DNA from: Paraspadella gotoi
Taxonomy: Eukaryota; Animalia; Chaetognatha
Direction of reading: 5' to 3'
NCBI GenBank assembly: GCA_051294375.1
Contig: CM119267.1
Location: 10,973,045 to 11,037,044, forward strand
DNA length: 64,000 nt
The notes under the pieces were generated by a model. It did no database searches, was not told the DNA's origin, and saw only the letters and a list, made by a program, of their open reading frames with translations. A program made the translations under genes and the position numbers. This document shows positions 10,082 to 22,655 of this stretch, in pieces (within the stretch, counting starts at the first letter, position 1; each line of letters opens with the position of its first letter).

Positions 10082-13000
10082 ATGAATGCATGCGACACAA
10101 AAAAAATTGTGAAAAAGGAGAAGGCCCAATACTTAAGCGATGATGGCAATGATTGCAAATCATCCATGATTCTTGATTCCGTTGAAGGGTGTCGAACGGA
10201 CTTGTCAGCAACATCAATGGGATCTGGACAAAGGTATTTATTAATTGACATAGGTCTTAATTTTATCAATTTAATTAAGAAGTAATTTCGCAGTCCTTTT
10301 CTCTTGTCCCCGGACGAAGAGAATCGTGGACGTTCTTGGGGCAGTAAAACCAAAGAAGTATTTTCCATGAAATGCTCGTCTGAAGAACCGAGCAACATGT
10401 CACTTTCTTCTTGGTTTGAAGAACCTAGCAACATGTCCGTTTCTTCGAATACCTCTAGGTTCGTTTTATAAGGACAAAAAATTAACAGGCTCGGCCTGAT
10501 GACATGAAAAAATTGATTTGCTTCCACCAGTCTAAATTTGTGCGACAGTTTCCGCCGGGTTATTAAGATGGATTGTAACATGTCTACTAATAGTCCACTT
10601 TGCAGCCGAACTTCACAACAAAAGACCAATGCCCCGCGACCGGAGGCACCTGTCTCTGTAGCCAAGACAGCCACGTATGTAAAATAATTAACTTAAGCTA
10701 CGTTATTTCTTAATAAAATAAAACTAAAATTTTTTGCAACAAAAAGGTTTTTGTTTTGGCGTAATTTTTAGCTCATATTTTTAATAATACTTTTAAAAAG
10801 TATACTCTGTAACTCAAGAAATGAAGCACAAAAATGAAGTAAATTATTTAAGGGACTGAATAAATTGTTGATATTGAAATTTGTATAATTGCCGTTGGAA
10901 TGCTGTTGTTTTTATAAACACTTCAAAATGTTGGTTGGGAAGCTCTCGTTCCCAATTTCAAATTTTAATTTTTTTCAATTATCTTCGTCCTTATATCCGA
11001 TTACGATTTGTAAACAATTCTGATTTAATTTACTTAAATGATTAAAATTTATTCATATTCACTATTTTCTTTTTCAGAGTTTCATTAGGGGCTGTAGAAA
11101 CGCTTTACGCTAAGGAAATAATTAACTACCTGATAAAGAAACAGAAAGAACGTCAGAAATGTATCCCATCAGTTGCGTCTCTTGGTTCTCTTGCTCGCGG
11201 CGATTATCGAGCAATTCTCGTTAGTTGGCTTATTCAGGTAATACATTTGACATAGTAATAATTATGATAATATCATCTCAGCTATGATCGGTTACATTTT
11301 TTCGTAGTCGATGAAACTTTCAATATTTTATTTACTGTACTGTATGGTGGACTAAAATCCACCAACCGTACATCAGCGGCCGGAGGCAAGTCATTCGCCT
11401 CCCAACCCATAAAGGTCAGGGGTTCTAGCCCGGTGTTCGCCTAGCAGAGGGACGGGGCGGGATGGGGCGCTTAACCCGCCTGTAACAGTGTTACAGTCTG
11501 ATCCAAAGCTTAGGGACTGCTTATATTGAACGGTTCTGTCACTAACACATAACAATAATTACTGTCTCATTGGTGAGCCCGACTTCCGAACACAACAGCA
11601 ACAACAACACTTTCAGGCATCATGCCTCAACCTGGCGATGCACTTTCCGCCAACAACACATCAGGCAACATGCCTCAACTTGGTGACGAACTTTTCACCA
11701 ACAACAATTCACTGAAGAGACGCAACAGACTTCTCCCTACGGGAGGGGGGAATGTATGGTGGACTGAAATCCGCCAACTGTTCATCAGCGGCCATTGGTG
11801 TCGGAGGCAATCATTCACCTCCCAACCCAAAAAGGTCCGGGGTTCTAGCCCGGTGGTCGCCTTGCAGTTAAGAGGGACGGGGAGCTTAACCCGCCTGTAA
11901 CAGTGTTAACATCCGACTGCTTATATTGAACGGTTCTATCACTAACACAACAATAATTACTGTCTCTTCAACTGTATGCTTAGTAAAAATTTTTAAAAAG
12001 TTTAATTGGTTATGCAATTATCTAAATTATAAAATTTGTGGTCAGCCAATTAAAAATTATACTGAAAATTATTTGTTCCTCTTCCTACAGACTCATATTT
12101 TTTGGACGATTTTCTAGCAGTATTAACCTATTTTTTTCATCAGGTTCACGATTACGAGCAGTTGGAGAAAGAAACTCTTTTCTTGACTGTTCGCATTACT
12201 GATACGTATTGCAGCGCCGCCGACGTCGAGTTGGGCTCTGTACAGTTGGTCGGAATAGCTGCAATCTTTATCGCGTCCAAGCTAGAAGAAAGATTTCCGC
12301 CTGAAGGGAAAGACCTAATCAGATATACGAGCAACGCATATTCTCTTGAAGAGCTTTACAAGATGGAATTGAGCATTCTTTCCAAACTAGAATTCGAGGT
12401 AAATACATATAATCAATTTCAAAATCAATTATTTTTTTCTTTTGTACATTGTTATTCAATTCAATGCATATTTTTATCAGGTAAACTTGCCTATTTCGAC
12501 TGCATTCGCAACATTCCTGCTTATGATTGCTGACAAAAGTGAAAAGCATAATAAAGTTAATCTTCTGACAGATTACCTGTTGGAACTTTCTTTGATCAGT
12601 AAACCTTTAATTTCTGTTGCACCTTCTCTAGTGGCGGCGGCTGCTGTTTTTATGTCCAGGTGATTTGGCTTAATTTTTTTTTAGTTAGAAAATGAATTGT
12701 TTGTTTACACAACTTTTTATTATGAGACATAAATTTCATATGTACTTCAAACAAATAACCCAAAGAAAAGGAAACAAAACAAACAATGGCAGTTTTGAGT
12801 ATGCAGTGGTTAGGGTGTTGGTTAGGTTTAGTGTAATTATAAAACAATTTTAACTATTTTTTTATATAGTAAATTTTTATATATATATATAAATATATAA
12901 ATACTATAAATACTTATATATAGTAGAAGCTTAAAACCAACATGTCACCAAAGTCCAAAGGTAGTTTATTTATTCAATTAATAAATAATTTTATATTGTT

Positions 13001-13348
13001 TGCACTAATTTCATAAGTAGCAAAAATCTTAATCAGCGAATTTTACTTTAATTTTTTTTTTTAAGGTCTTTGCTTATAGAGTCGGAAGATCCCTGGCCGT
13101 CATTTCTCGCCGCATCATCCACTTATAAGGTTTCTGCCCTACGCCCGGTGGCTGCTGAACTTATCAACATCTTGCAAAGCACACCTGAATCGAGGTTTAA
13201 CTCCTCGTATCTCAAATATTCATCTGAAGCACATTACCAAAGCCTTAGCAAATTACCAGTTCTCCAAAACTCCATCGCTTTAAAACGGCTTTCTCTGGCT
13301 TGTAAATCAACAGTTTCTGTTACAAATGGCAGTATTTGTGAATCTTAA
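10082..13348 (+). CDS. Divergent B-type / cyclin-P(CNTD2)-like cyclin, 7 coding exons
   Basis: In-frame GT-AG exons at about 10082-10233, 10294-10458, 10531-10674, 11078-11237, 12144-12398, 12481-12659 and 13066-13348. Cyclin box YRAILVSWLIQ|VHDYEQLEKETLFL...QLVGIAAIFIASKLEERFPP...MELSILSKLEFE, then YLLELSL and PSLVAAAA. Confidence 0.88.
11341..11970 (+). mobile_element. TRIM (miniature non-autonomous LTR retrotransposon) with tRNA-like sequence in the LTRs
   Basis: Direct repeats 11341-11569 and 11753-11970, both TGTATGG...CA. PBS-like TGGTGAGCCCGAC at 11571, 1 nt after the 5' LTR. Polypurine tract GGGAGGGGGGAA at 11741-11752 abuts the 3' LTR. Interior is 183 bp. No clean TSD. Confidence 0.88.
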
Positions 13349-13956
13349 TGTAATCATCTAATTATTCTGAGAGTATATGATAAGCCCGTCTCATATATTG
13401 AAAAAAATATTGATAAATGGCTTATTTATTTGATATTTTTGTTATCTGATAGTTTTTACCCACTGCAAACTTTTTTGCGGCTATTTTTACTTCATACTTT
13501 TATATTTTTAGATTCATTTTGTGTAGTGTTCCATGGGATTTTATTCTCATGTTTGTTTTTGACTTTTTTATTTCAATGACGTAGATTTTACCATCATTTG
13601 ATTTTCTATTTACAATTTTAAATTTATACTGCGGCGAGAATATTTTTCTTTTTAATATACCAACCTAGTTTTTTATTATTTGTTAAATTAATAATACAGC
13701 AAGAGTAGAAATTTTGAATATAATTTTCTTTCATCAAAATAAAAAAATTAAAAAAACAGTTACGTACAATAATACCACCTAACTAAGAGCTTAATGCTTA
13801 ACTGCTGCCTGTATCATCGCTTTTTCCGTTTATGGTAATAATCAGAGATCGTTCAATGGTTACTGGTGTTGAATTTGAGGAAAGACATGGAAAAGTCGAC
13901 TAGAAAATATAACGGAGTTGAACATTTTTTAGATATTGTACGTCAAAAGACGCGTC

Positions 13957-16900
13957 TTAATCATCCGTTCCTGTCGGCAGTATTCCGGCACCCTGAGTAG
14001 CGCTGCCCGGTCGCGAAGCTCTCGATGTCAATCCCGTCATTGCAAGAGTCGCGCTCTCGTCATTACCTACTGTCAACCGCGTAGGCGACGATTCCGTTCC
14101 GTCTTCGTCTTCGAAGTTTAATGTCATTTTCGCACCACCAGATGGTTCCTAGTTGCGATTAGAGATTATTAAGTATTATTTATTTCAAGTTCAGCTTTTG
14201 GGAATCCGTCGATTTTTGAATATTTTGCGTAATATACATACCTTGAGATAGAGGTCGGTTTTTGCATTTAAATTTGGCCTATCGAAAGGTTCGGACGGAA
14301 TACCAATAAATTTGTAGTGATTCCAAGTTGGCAAAAAGTTCGCAGAGATTTTGGTTGCTTTTGTATAATGAAATACTGCTTTGGCAATATACGGATCTGC
14401 GCGACACCGTTGAAGTAATTTTCGCTCCAACATTGGAATGGTCGTGAGATAACCGAGAGCAACAGCTGCTGGACCCCGTACGAAATCAGCGTCCAAAAGC
14501 AGCAAATCGGCCAAAACGTCAACCATATTAATCGATCCTAAACCAAACAATGCGATACAATTTTACTTCTCACCGTTTCACATCTAGGGACCAAAATAAT
14601 TCTTGGTACGTAGAAACTATGCAGAGTTTCGACTTCGGTTATTGACGACGTTGTTCTTTTTTTTTTTTACAACGCTAACGAAAAGAGGTTGAGACAAACT
14701 CCGTGTGTGATTTGTGAAAGAGGCAGTCTCTCAATTTTATTTTTGCCTAGAAATATTGTTAAGTTTGGTTTCTATTACCTATTTACCCTAGCCCCTTTTA
14801 ACCTTAATCACCCCTAACCCTAAACTACCCCTAAGCCATCCTTAAACCTAACCCCGAAAGTAAAAGTAACCCAATCTGTTATTAACAGTGTTAATATATA
14901 AAATTATTTTTTAAATATTATCCCTTCAACTTTAACCAGTAACTATCCTAAACTACCCATAACCTTAACTAACTTTAACCTTAATTATCCCTAATCACCT
15001 TAACGCTAAATAGCTCTAACCATAACCAAACCTTACCGAGGTTTAATACTATAAAGAAAAAAAATATCAATGATATATGAGAATAAAAAATAAGTATGCT
15101 TCAGCTCCATTAATAATTTGTTTCGATGCTAATGAAAACAGACCTAGCGCTGGTCCGATTCCCGCTCTCATGTGAACGAGGCGCGCGATGCATTCCGACG
15201 CAAACGCTAATACTATCTCACTGGAAGATTCCTGTAACGCAGTTGGCAAAAGATTGAAACTAATTGACAGTTAATAAAAATTTGAACACTTTATATTAAT
15301 TAAAACGCTATATCTTACTTGTAAAATGTCAGCTATCAGTTTCAAGCCAATCGCTGATGATGTTGCCTCCTCCTCATCAGGAATAACCTGTTAAAAATAG
15401 TATGAAGCGTGGTTTTTTTTTTTGCTGCACCATGCAGAAAATAATTTTTAATTTATATACTTTCGCGAGAATTACGAGTTGACTGGCGGCCGCACAACGC
15501 ATAATCTCATCTTCGCTTTCGAGAAAGGGTTCGAAGTAACTGAATTGAATGCCCCCCAAACCTGCGATTGCCTGGTAAATGAACACGAGTTATTTTTTTT
15601 ATTGGAGGGGAAAGACGACAATTTCATATGCTTGTTTGTAATGAAAAACAATTTTACAGATTGTAACCTTTTGTTGCTGAAGGTTATTATAGGCGAAAGT
15701 AGCGAGAGCAGCGCCAGCTAGCGGTCGCACCGTTTCCTCTTCGTGATACAACAGTTCCATTATGCTGACCATTGAAAATCCCGGCGTATCATACATCTGA
15801 AATTGAGATCATCTTGTAATAGAATTTAAACTTAATTTATTCAATTTTTTTAATAAAACCTCTGACCTGCTTAATGTTGGCGCTATTTCCCAGAACGACA
15901 GCCGCCAGAGCGTGTGCCGCCTCGACTTGAACGATTGGAGAGTGTTTCGGTGTGCTTTGCCGAATAATGAGATTGACGAGAAGTCGAATTCCCCTGTTCA
16001 GTTTTTTTGTGTCATTAATTAGGGTTTAAAATCCTGACATGCGAAGTGCTTGCACATTGCACAATGCAGAATGCACAAACTGTATTAAAAGCACATAATT
16101 ACCGGTGAGATGAGATAGTGTTCTGGTTTTTCGCGTGCGGCCTCATCGCAGTTTGGACGCACAAATTTCGGATAGTTTCCATGACTGCGAGTACGATGTG
16201 TTCCTTAGATGATCTCAATAGTCTCACCAACGGCTGAACACCATTGGCATCACCGATCTCGTTGTGCCGGCCGTGCGGTCCGTAGGCGAGCATCGCAAGG
16301 CCTGTGACCGAAAGAATAGCGTGTTTGGTTTTAACTTTTTTTTCATATATACGTGGCCTCGTTCATTCATTATTCAGGTTTACCCTCAGCGCCGATGAGA
16401 TGCAATTTATCCGACATCGAAGCAAGAAATTCTATCAGCGTCGACACGCCCATCAGTTCCGCAACTGTCCGTTTGTCGTCCACGTTTACTCCTTATCAAA
16501 AAAAAAAAAAAGTCAAACTGAAACTTCGATAAGCTTGTTCTATTCTTGCTTTCCTACTCTGCCTTTTTCACCAGCGAGTGCCCACAGAGTCGTCGCTGTT
16601 GCAACGAGGGTGCCGGCGCCTCTGCTTTTCTTGAGCAGCTGCAGCAGGGGCGCTGCCGCGCCCTCTTCCAGCACGGCGCGCTGCGTCGCCGAATTATTCT
16701 CCGCTAGGGATTGGATCGCTCGAACGGCGGACACCTGTATTTCCCGGTTCTTGACTCTGAGCAGCCGAACGACCGAAGGAACGCCTCCTTCTTCCACGAA
16801 CATATTTTGGTTCGTCTCGTTTCCCTTCATGATTTTGCTGACGGTCGTTGCGGCCGCCAGCAAAACCTGTTTCGTCGCAGCCTCGTTCAGAACGCCGATG

Positions 16901-18842
16901 AGGCTGAATAAAATTGACATTAAAACGTTGAAAACGGTAAGTCAAATAACGTTCCACCGCATACTCGTAGTTGAAAACCTGGCAAAGGTTCCCGGTTGGG
17001 ATCCAATAGACTCCTGAAATCGTCCTTCGATGACCTCAGCAAAATTCCCCACCGCGTGAATGATTTCAGTTAATGCATCCGGCTCGTGGTTAAGAGTTGG
17101 GATAAGGCGAATCATCTGCGGCACCACCTGATAATTAGTTAAGTTGCTCAACTTCAGTCCTCCCAATTCGCGTACCTTCTCTTACATTGCTTTACAAGAA
17201 AACGTTTACTAGATTATTAAGTCCAAAAAGTAAAACGTCTTGACTCACTTGGACGGCCCAAAGCTCTTCCGCGTGAGCGTCGACCACGTTTGGAACGCGG
17301 GTCACCTCTTTCAGCACCCAGGCCGAGAATTGAACGAGCGTCGGGTCCTGACGGCATTATTACAAAAAAGGATTTAATTTTAATCCATCGCACGTCATCT
17401 CATATTTCAGACCTCGTTATGTGGCGGTTTCATTTGTTCGGCCAACACCGGGAGCCCGCCAACTTCTTGCAGCTTTGATTTGACGGCCTCTTTTGAGATG
17501 ATGTTCAGCAGGACGCGCAACGCGTGTACACGGGCGAGAGGACCGGACACGGCTCTGAAGATATTTTGGTTTTTTTTTTAAATAAACTTTAGTCTCTCCT
17601 CCTACGATTTGTTTAAAAAATTTGGAAACATATCTTGTCATTTTTGCATGGTAAATTCTGAAATAAACGCCTCACCCAACGTTCTTTGGCGCCAAAACTT
17701 TAACTATAGCTGCCACGCCCCCCGCGTTATGAACGCGTTCCCAGTTTCCGTTGATGCCGTCCGCCGTCCCTTGCGTCAGTGCGAAGAGGATCTTCGCCGC
17801 CGCTATCACTTCGTCCTCGTCATCTGGGGCGATTACGAGAGGGAATGAGTTGAATTTAAAACTAAGCACGATTGTAAGTTTGTATATAACGGCACTCATC
17901 AACGCACATTTCCTGCTTAACTTCGCTTAAATAAATTATTCTTTTTACCCGAGTTGAATAGTTTTATTACGGACTCGAAAACTTTGACGTCTTTGTTGTC
18001 GAGTTCGATAAGAAAGTCAAGGACGCGGACGTTTTGTCCCAAGACGCAAATGTCGACGACGCCATGTTGATCCCCATCAACTGCCGTCAGGTTCGCCCCT
18101 GTTTTTTTTTTTGGTACCGATTGCGATTATGATTCTCGTCGATCAATCAATATTTTGAATTGTTTCATAAATTTCTCCTTCTGCGTCATCGCGCGAAACC
18201 AAGCTTATGAGCTTAGCAGACGACTTACCCAACGCGACCAGGCATTTGATGACCTCCAGGTTTCCGTGCGCTACCGCCAGTAGGAGTGGCGTTCGGTACA
18301 AATCGTCGCCGGTCCTCATTTCGAGCACGTGGTCCCCTGCGCGGACGCATCTTTCCAACATCTTGATGTTTGCTGCATGGGAGTATGGTAGCTTTTAAGT
18401 TGTAAAAGTTTTAGAACTTTTTTTTTTTTTTTTTTTATTAATATGACTTTTATTTACTTTTTTTTTGTTCAAATTTTCGGTTAATATAAATTTTTTTTGC
18501 CATTATTAGAATATTTAGATACTTTTGCCTCACCAGAAATGACGGCATGATGGATCATCCCAAGCCCTCTGTCGTCCAGAGAGTGAAGTTCGGTGTGGCT
18601 AAATCCCATCGCGGATGGCGATGTGGGAACGGTGATGCTCTCCGATGGTGGATCATCTTTGGGGGCTTTTTCCTTGTAAGCCTCCTTGACGCTTTGGATC
18701 AAAGAAAAAAAAAGCAAATATAAGGTAACAAAAAACCAATCAAAAAAGTCGAACAATTGTACAATTTCAACGGTATAGTAAATCGCTAATGACGAATCAA
18801 AAATACTTACGTTTTTACGATTTTGGAAGTTAACGAATCCAT
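13957..18842 (-). CDS. ANKAR: Ankyrin and armadillo repeat-containing protein, multi-exon, short N-terminus
   Basis: Spliced frame runs from MDSLTSKIVKT (18842) through ankyrin repeats (GLGMIHHAV, RTPLLLAVAHGNLEVIKCLVALGA) and ARM repeats (TTLWALAG, ANGVQPLVRLLR, LAGAALATFAYN, ECIARLVHMRAGI, AAVALGYLT) to TAA at 13957. All traced introns are GT-AG. Confidence 0.82.
14780..15040. repeat. Degenerate telomere-like (CCTAA/TAACCC) tract in an ANKAR intron
   Basis: cccctaaccctaaactacccctaagccatccttaaacctaacccc... resembles the interior of 2130-2210. Confidence 0.65.
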
Positions 18843-20579
18843 TATAAAAATATTACACAACCATGGTCATAAATTAAAATTTTGTAAGTTTTAGTTTAGT
18901 TTCTGTTTTATTGTATTTTTTATTTGGAAACACTAGCAGACCGACCGAAAAAGGAAAACATCGTTTCCAAGCATCAATTTTCCTGACATGAAACTCTGAC
19001 AGTCTCGGTCGCAGATCAATAATGCCAACCGAAATTTGTAACGTAACTACGAGTAAAATTTGTTATCTTAAACAGAAGCCACCATAAGTTTTTAATTAAT
19101 AAAATTAGCCCCACTTTTGCATTTAATTCTTGATACCAAAAAGATGTTTAAAGTTGTGTTGCATTCTTATATGATAGATTTATCTACTAAATGGATTTTT
19201 ATGGCAAATTCAAAAAGTTCAATATTTTTTTTCGGGAATTATTAATCCTGTTAAATTTTCTTACTTGAAAAATAAAATAAAAATACTTAAACTAAAGATA
19301 AAAATTAGAAACTGCCAAAAATAAAAAATATTATATATAATATTATAATTATTATATAATTATTATTATATAATTATAATTATTTTAATAATGAGTAATA
19401 TACAATTCTTATAGTTATATAGTTGGAAAAAGCGTGGTTAAAAATCTAATCTCCAAAAAAAATTGTTATTTTCTATGTACTTAAAAAATTTGATTAGCTT
19501 ACTAAAAAGCAGTGTTGTAAGAGTTTTATAAACATATGTAACAGAACAATGAGCCATTGTTTTCCCCGATGAACCAGAAGGAGAAACTTGTTAACTTACA
19601 TTTTTCTCAGCAGGATCGACATTCTTAGTGACGAAAATTCTTTGTTTCTGTCGCAGCCCAGTTTGATATATATATATATATATATATACTTATTTATAAT
19701 TATATTTCGCCTACTAAGCGACGTTATTCGCCATATTTGCAAAAGATTGAGACTTGGAATTGGAGCCAGAAAAAGAAATGTTTCGAAGCGACTTTGCTTG
19801 CACAAGCGCTTACAAAGCGACGGACTCCCCGGGCACGGCCCACCGGTCCTCTCTCCGGACGGCAGAAACGTCCTTCGCATGCGAAAACCGTTTTTTACAA
19901 TTGGACTTTTGGTTTGATGCGGAAAAATCGGCCAAAAAAATTTCCTAGTCGGTGGGACCCATCGATCCCGCTGGTGCCCTTAGTTGTAGGAAAAGACACG
20001 AAAAAAAGGAAAAACAATACCTATCTGTCGGAATTTGTTGGTCAAACTAGAAGCTAGTTGATACTAATGAATCGTGGGTTCTTTTGACCTTTATCAAGCA
20101 ATGTTATGAAGGAATGTTGTTGAATGGGATGGTTGTGGAGATTTGACTTGCCATTTGAAAAAAAAATGTTTTTCTGCTCTCAATTATCAATTACCCACAT
20201 TTTCTTGACATCTTGATTGAATAACAGTAATATTAACACTACACTGCTCACTGGTCACCATGCGATGACCGTTATCCGACGTCCCATACTAAGAGATCAC
20301 TCATCAGATAATAGCAAATTTCGAAGAATTCTTTCCAAGTACCGACCTCGATTTCTATTTCGGTCGGGATTGAAAATCTGCTTCGACTCTCATTTCCAAA
20401 CCCTCAAGGGATGCGGAGAAAAACTGTGACCGGCTAAGATCTGTGGCTCCCAGCTCTGTCGCCCTTTCCTTTCTTTCCTTTTTCTTTTTCTTTTCCTTTT
20501 TTTTTTTTTAGCAGCCGGGAGCCTCCGCGAGCAAGCTCGCTCTTCCCACTCTTCCTCGCTTCGTCTTTTTCCTGATTAG

Positions 20580-20583
<4 letters not shown>

Positions 20584-20663
<80 letters not shown>

Positions 20664-21204
20664 ATGACTTTTCCCCCTTTTTTTGCCTTCCTGGTTCCGC
20701 TGGGCTCCAGAAACCAGATTCGGCCTGGACGCCCGCCCCTAAAAAAAAATGGAGGGGGGGCGGGGGGAAATATTCCTCCATGGATCTATCTTTCTCTTGG
20801 CCCCTTTCTTCTTCCTCCTCACATTAACTCCACCGCCCCCCTCTCTTCCATATCCAGTCTGGCTTTTATCTCTTTTCTCACAATCTGCTCGATGGAAAAA
20901 TGAGATTCGCATGATAGCGTTTTCCTTCCAACGTCCGTCTTTTTACGATCCAAGAGGCAGATATTTTGGGAGTGGGCGTGATCCTTGAAATCATTGTCTT
21001 TAGATTTTGTCACAAAATTTTCTTTGCTGCAGATAAGTGACGTTGAAAAATTTAAGACTATCATCGCTATTGTTCTTCTGCTCTTTCTCGCTCCTATCTC
21101 TCCCCAGTCTCTCTCTCTTCATCTTCTCTCTCTCTTTGCGCGATAGAACGAATGCCTTGCGCGTGACGTGCTTCCGCTTCAAGCGGCCGCCCCCGTATGT
21201 GTCA

Positions 21205-21289
<85 letters not shown>

Positions 21290-21534
21290 TATGTGCGTGG
21301 CGGCGCGTGCGAGGCAGGACTCGGCGGCCTAGATTCTTCTCGGCGGCGGCTGGGACGCCAAGGCTCCGGCGTCTCTCTTATTGATTATTCGATGGACTAC
21401 TGATAAAAAAAATATAAGAAAAAAAAAACTGAAAGAAATGGGGATAAAAATAAAACTTTGGCGGTCAAACTCATTGGGATAAACGATAATGACGCGGGCC
21501 TGCTTTTAACTCTGCTTTTCATCTCTCTCTCTCT

Positions 21535-21620
<86 letters not shown>
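20584..21620. repeat. Three (CT)n microsatellites upstream of SNAP-25
   Basis: (CT)n at ~20584-20660, ~21205-21288 and ~21523-21620. Confidence 0.95.
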
Positions 21621-22055
21621 GGTCTCTGTATCAGTCTTTACTTTACTCCCTCTCCCTTTCTACCCATTCACCGACACGCCAACAAGTAAAAATAAACTGT
21701 AATCTTAAAACTCAGTAACCTGTTTTTAACCCCCCAAAAAAATTAATCATGAATTTTTTTTTCTTACTGCGTCTATCTTTTCCAAACTGACTCTTTTTTT
21801 TCAAACCACTTTCCCCTCTAGCGATCGCGTGCTCTTTTTTTTGTTCTTTTGTTCTGTCAATCGCCAAGCCACGGTCGTAGCCTTCGTCTTCATTGCCGTC
21901 GTCATAGTTTACTTAGTTAAGAACAAAGAAATAAAACATAATTCGTTTCTGAAACCGAACATATCCCCTGGAAATGCTACGTTTTTAATTTCCGCGGCGC
22001 CCGTTGAAAAACTCTTGCTCGAATCAGTTGCCAGGTGCTCAGATTAGGAAATACA

Positions 22056-22114
22056 TGACGTCAGAGACGCAACGTCAACCGGAAGTATGACGTCTCCTTG
22101 ACGATTCTTGACGT
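22056..22114 (+). promoter_or_regulatory. CRE/ETS motif cluster, likely SNAP-25 promoter
   Basis: Full CRE TGACGTCA at 22056-22063, ETS CCGGAAGT at 22079-22086, TGACGT at ~22088 and ~22109; about 550 bp upstream of the ATG and followed by a pyrimidine-rich leader. Confidence 0.5.
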
Positions 22115-22655
22115 GGCTCCTCGCTCTCTTCATCTGCACCGTTGGCGACTCCTCCGTCGCTGCCGCCGTCGTCGTCTTTCGATTCCGCACGATTTCAATT
22201 TATTCCGGTCGCTAAATTGCGCAGTTGGTGGTCGAATTTAATCACTTTCCAAATTCTCCCTCCTCTCTTCTATCTTCTCGTTTTTTTGCCCCCTCCCCCC
22301 ACCATTCCCTCTAATTCACCCTCTCTCCCCCTCTCTCTTCTTCCATCCGCCTCTTTCTCTCTCTCTCACAGGAATTGGAATTTACTCTTCGCACAAAAGA
22401 GGGAGAACTCGAGAGAGATTATTTTTTGCTTCTCATCAAATCAGCTTCATTCCCGCGTTCAAAAAAAACAAAAAAACAAAAAAACAAAACAAAAAAACTA
22501 AATAAACTTACTCGTTCATCCTTCTCCTCGCTCTATTCCTTTCTCTCTCTCTCTCTCTTTCTCTCTCTTTCTCCTTCCTGCGAAAAACCTCCAAAGTCTT
22601 TCAACTTTCTCCCTTTCCCGCGCGACTCCCCCCATCCCCGCTTCGATCTCGCACC

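Noticed and set aside
11415-11485. Twister ribozyme resemblance in the TRIM LTR (GTTCTAGCCCGG...GCAGAGGG...TAACCCGCC)
   Set aside because: P2 and P1 do not pair and the two LTRs differ in the would-be core; the tRNA T-arm reading explains the motif better.
11788-11861. Functional tRNA gene
   Set aside because: The anticodon stem does not pair, the T-loop is non-canonical and it sits inside an LTR.
21037-21718. ORFs with LSLSLS runs (also ERERER at 40486-40848)
   Set aside because: Translations of CT/GA microsatellites.
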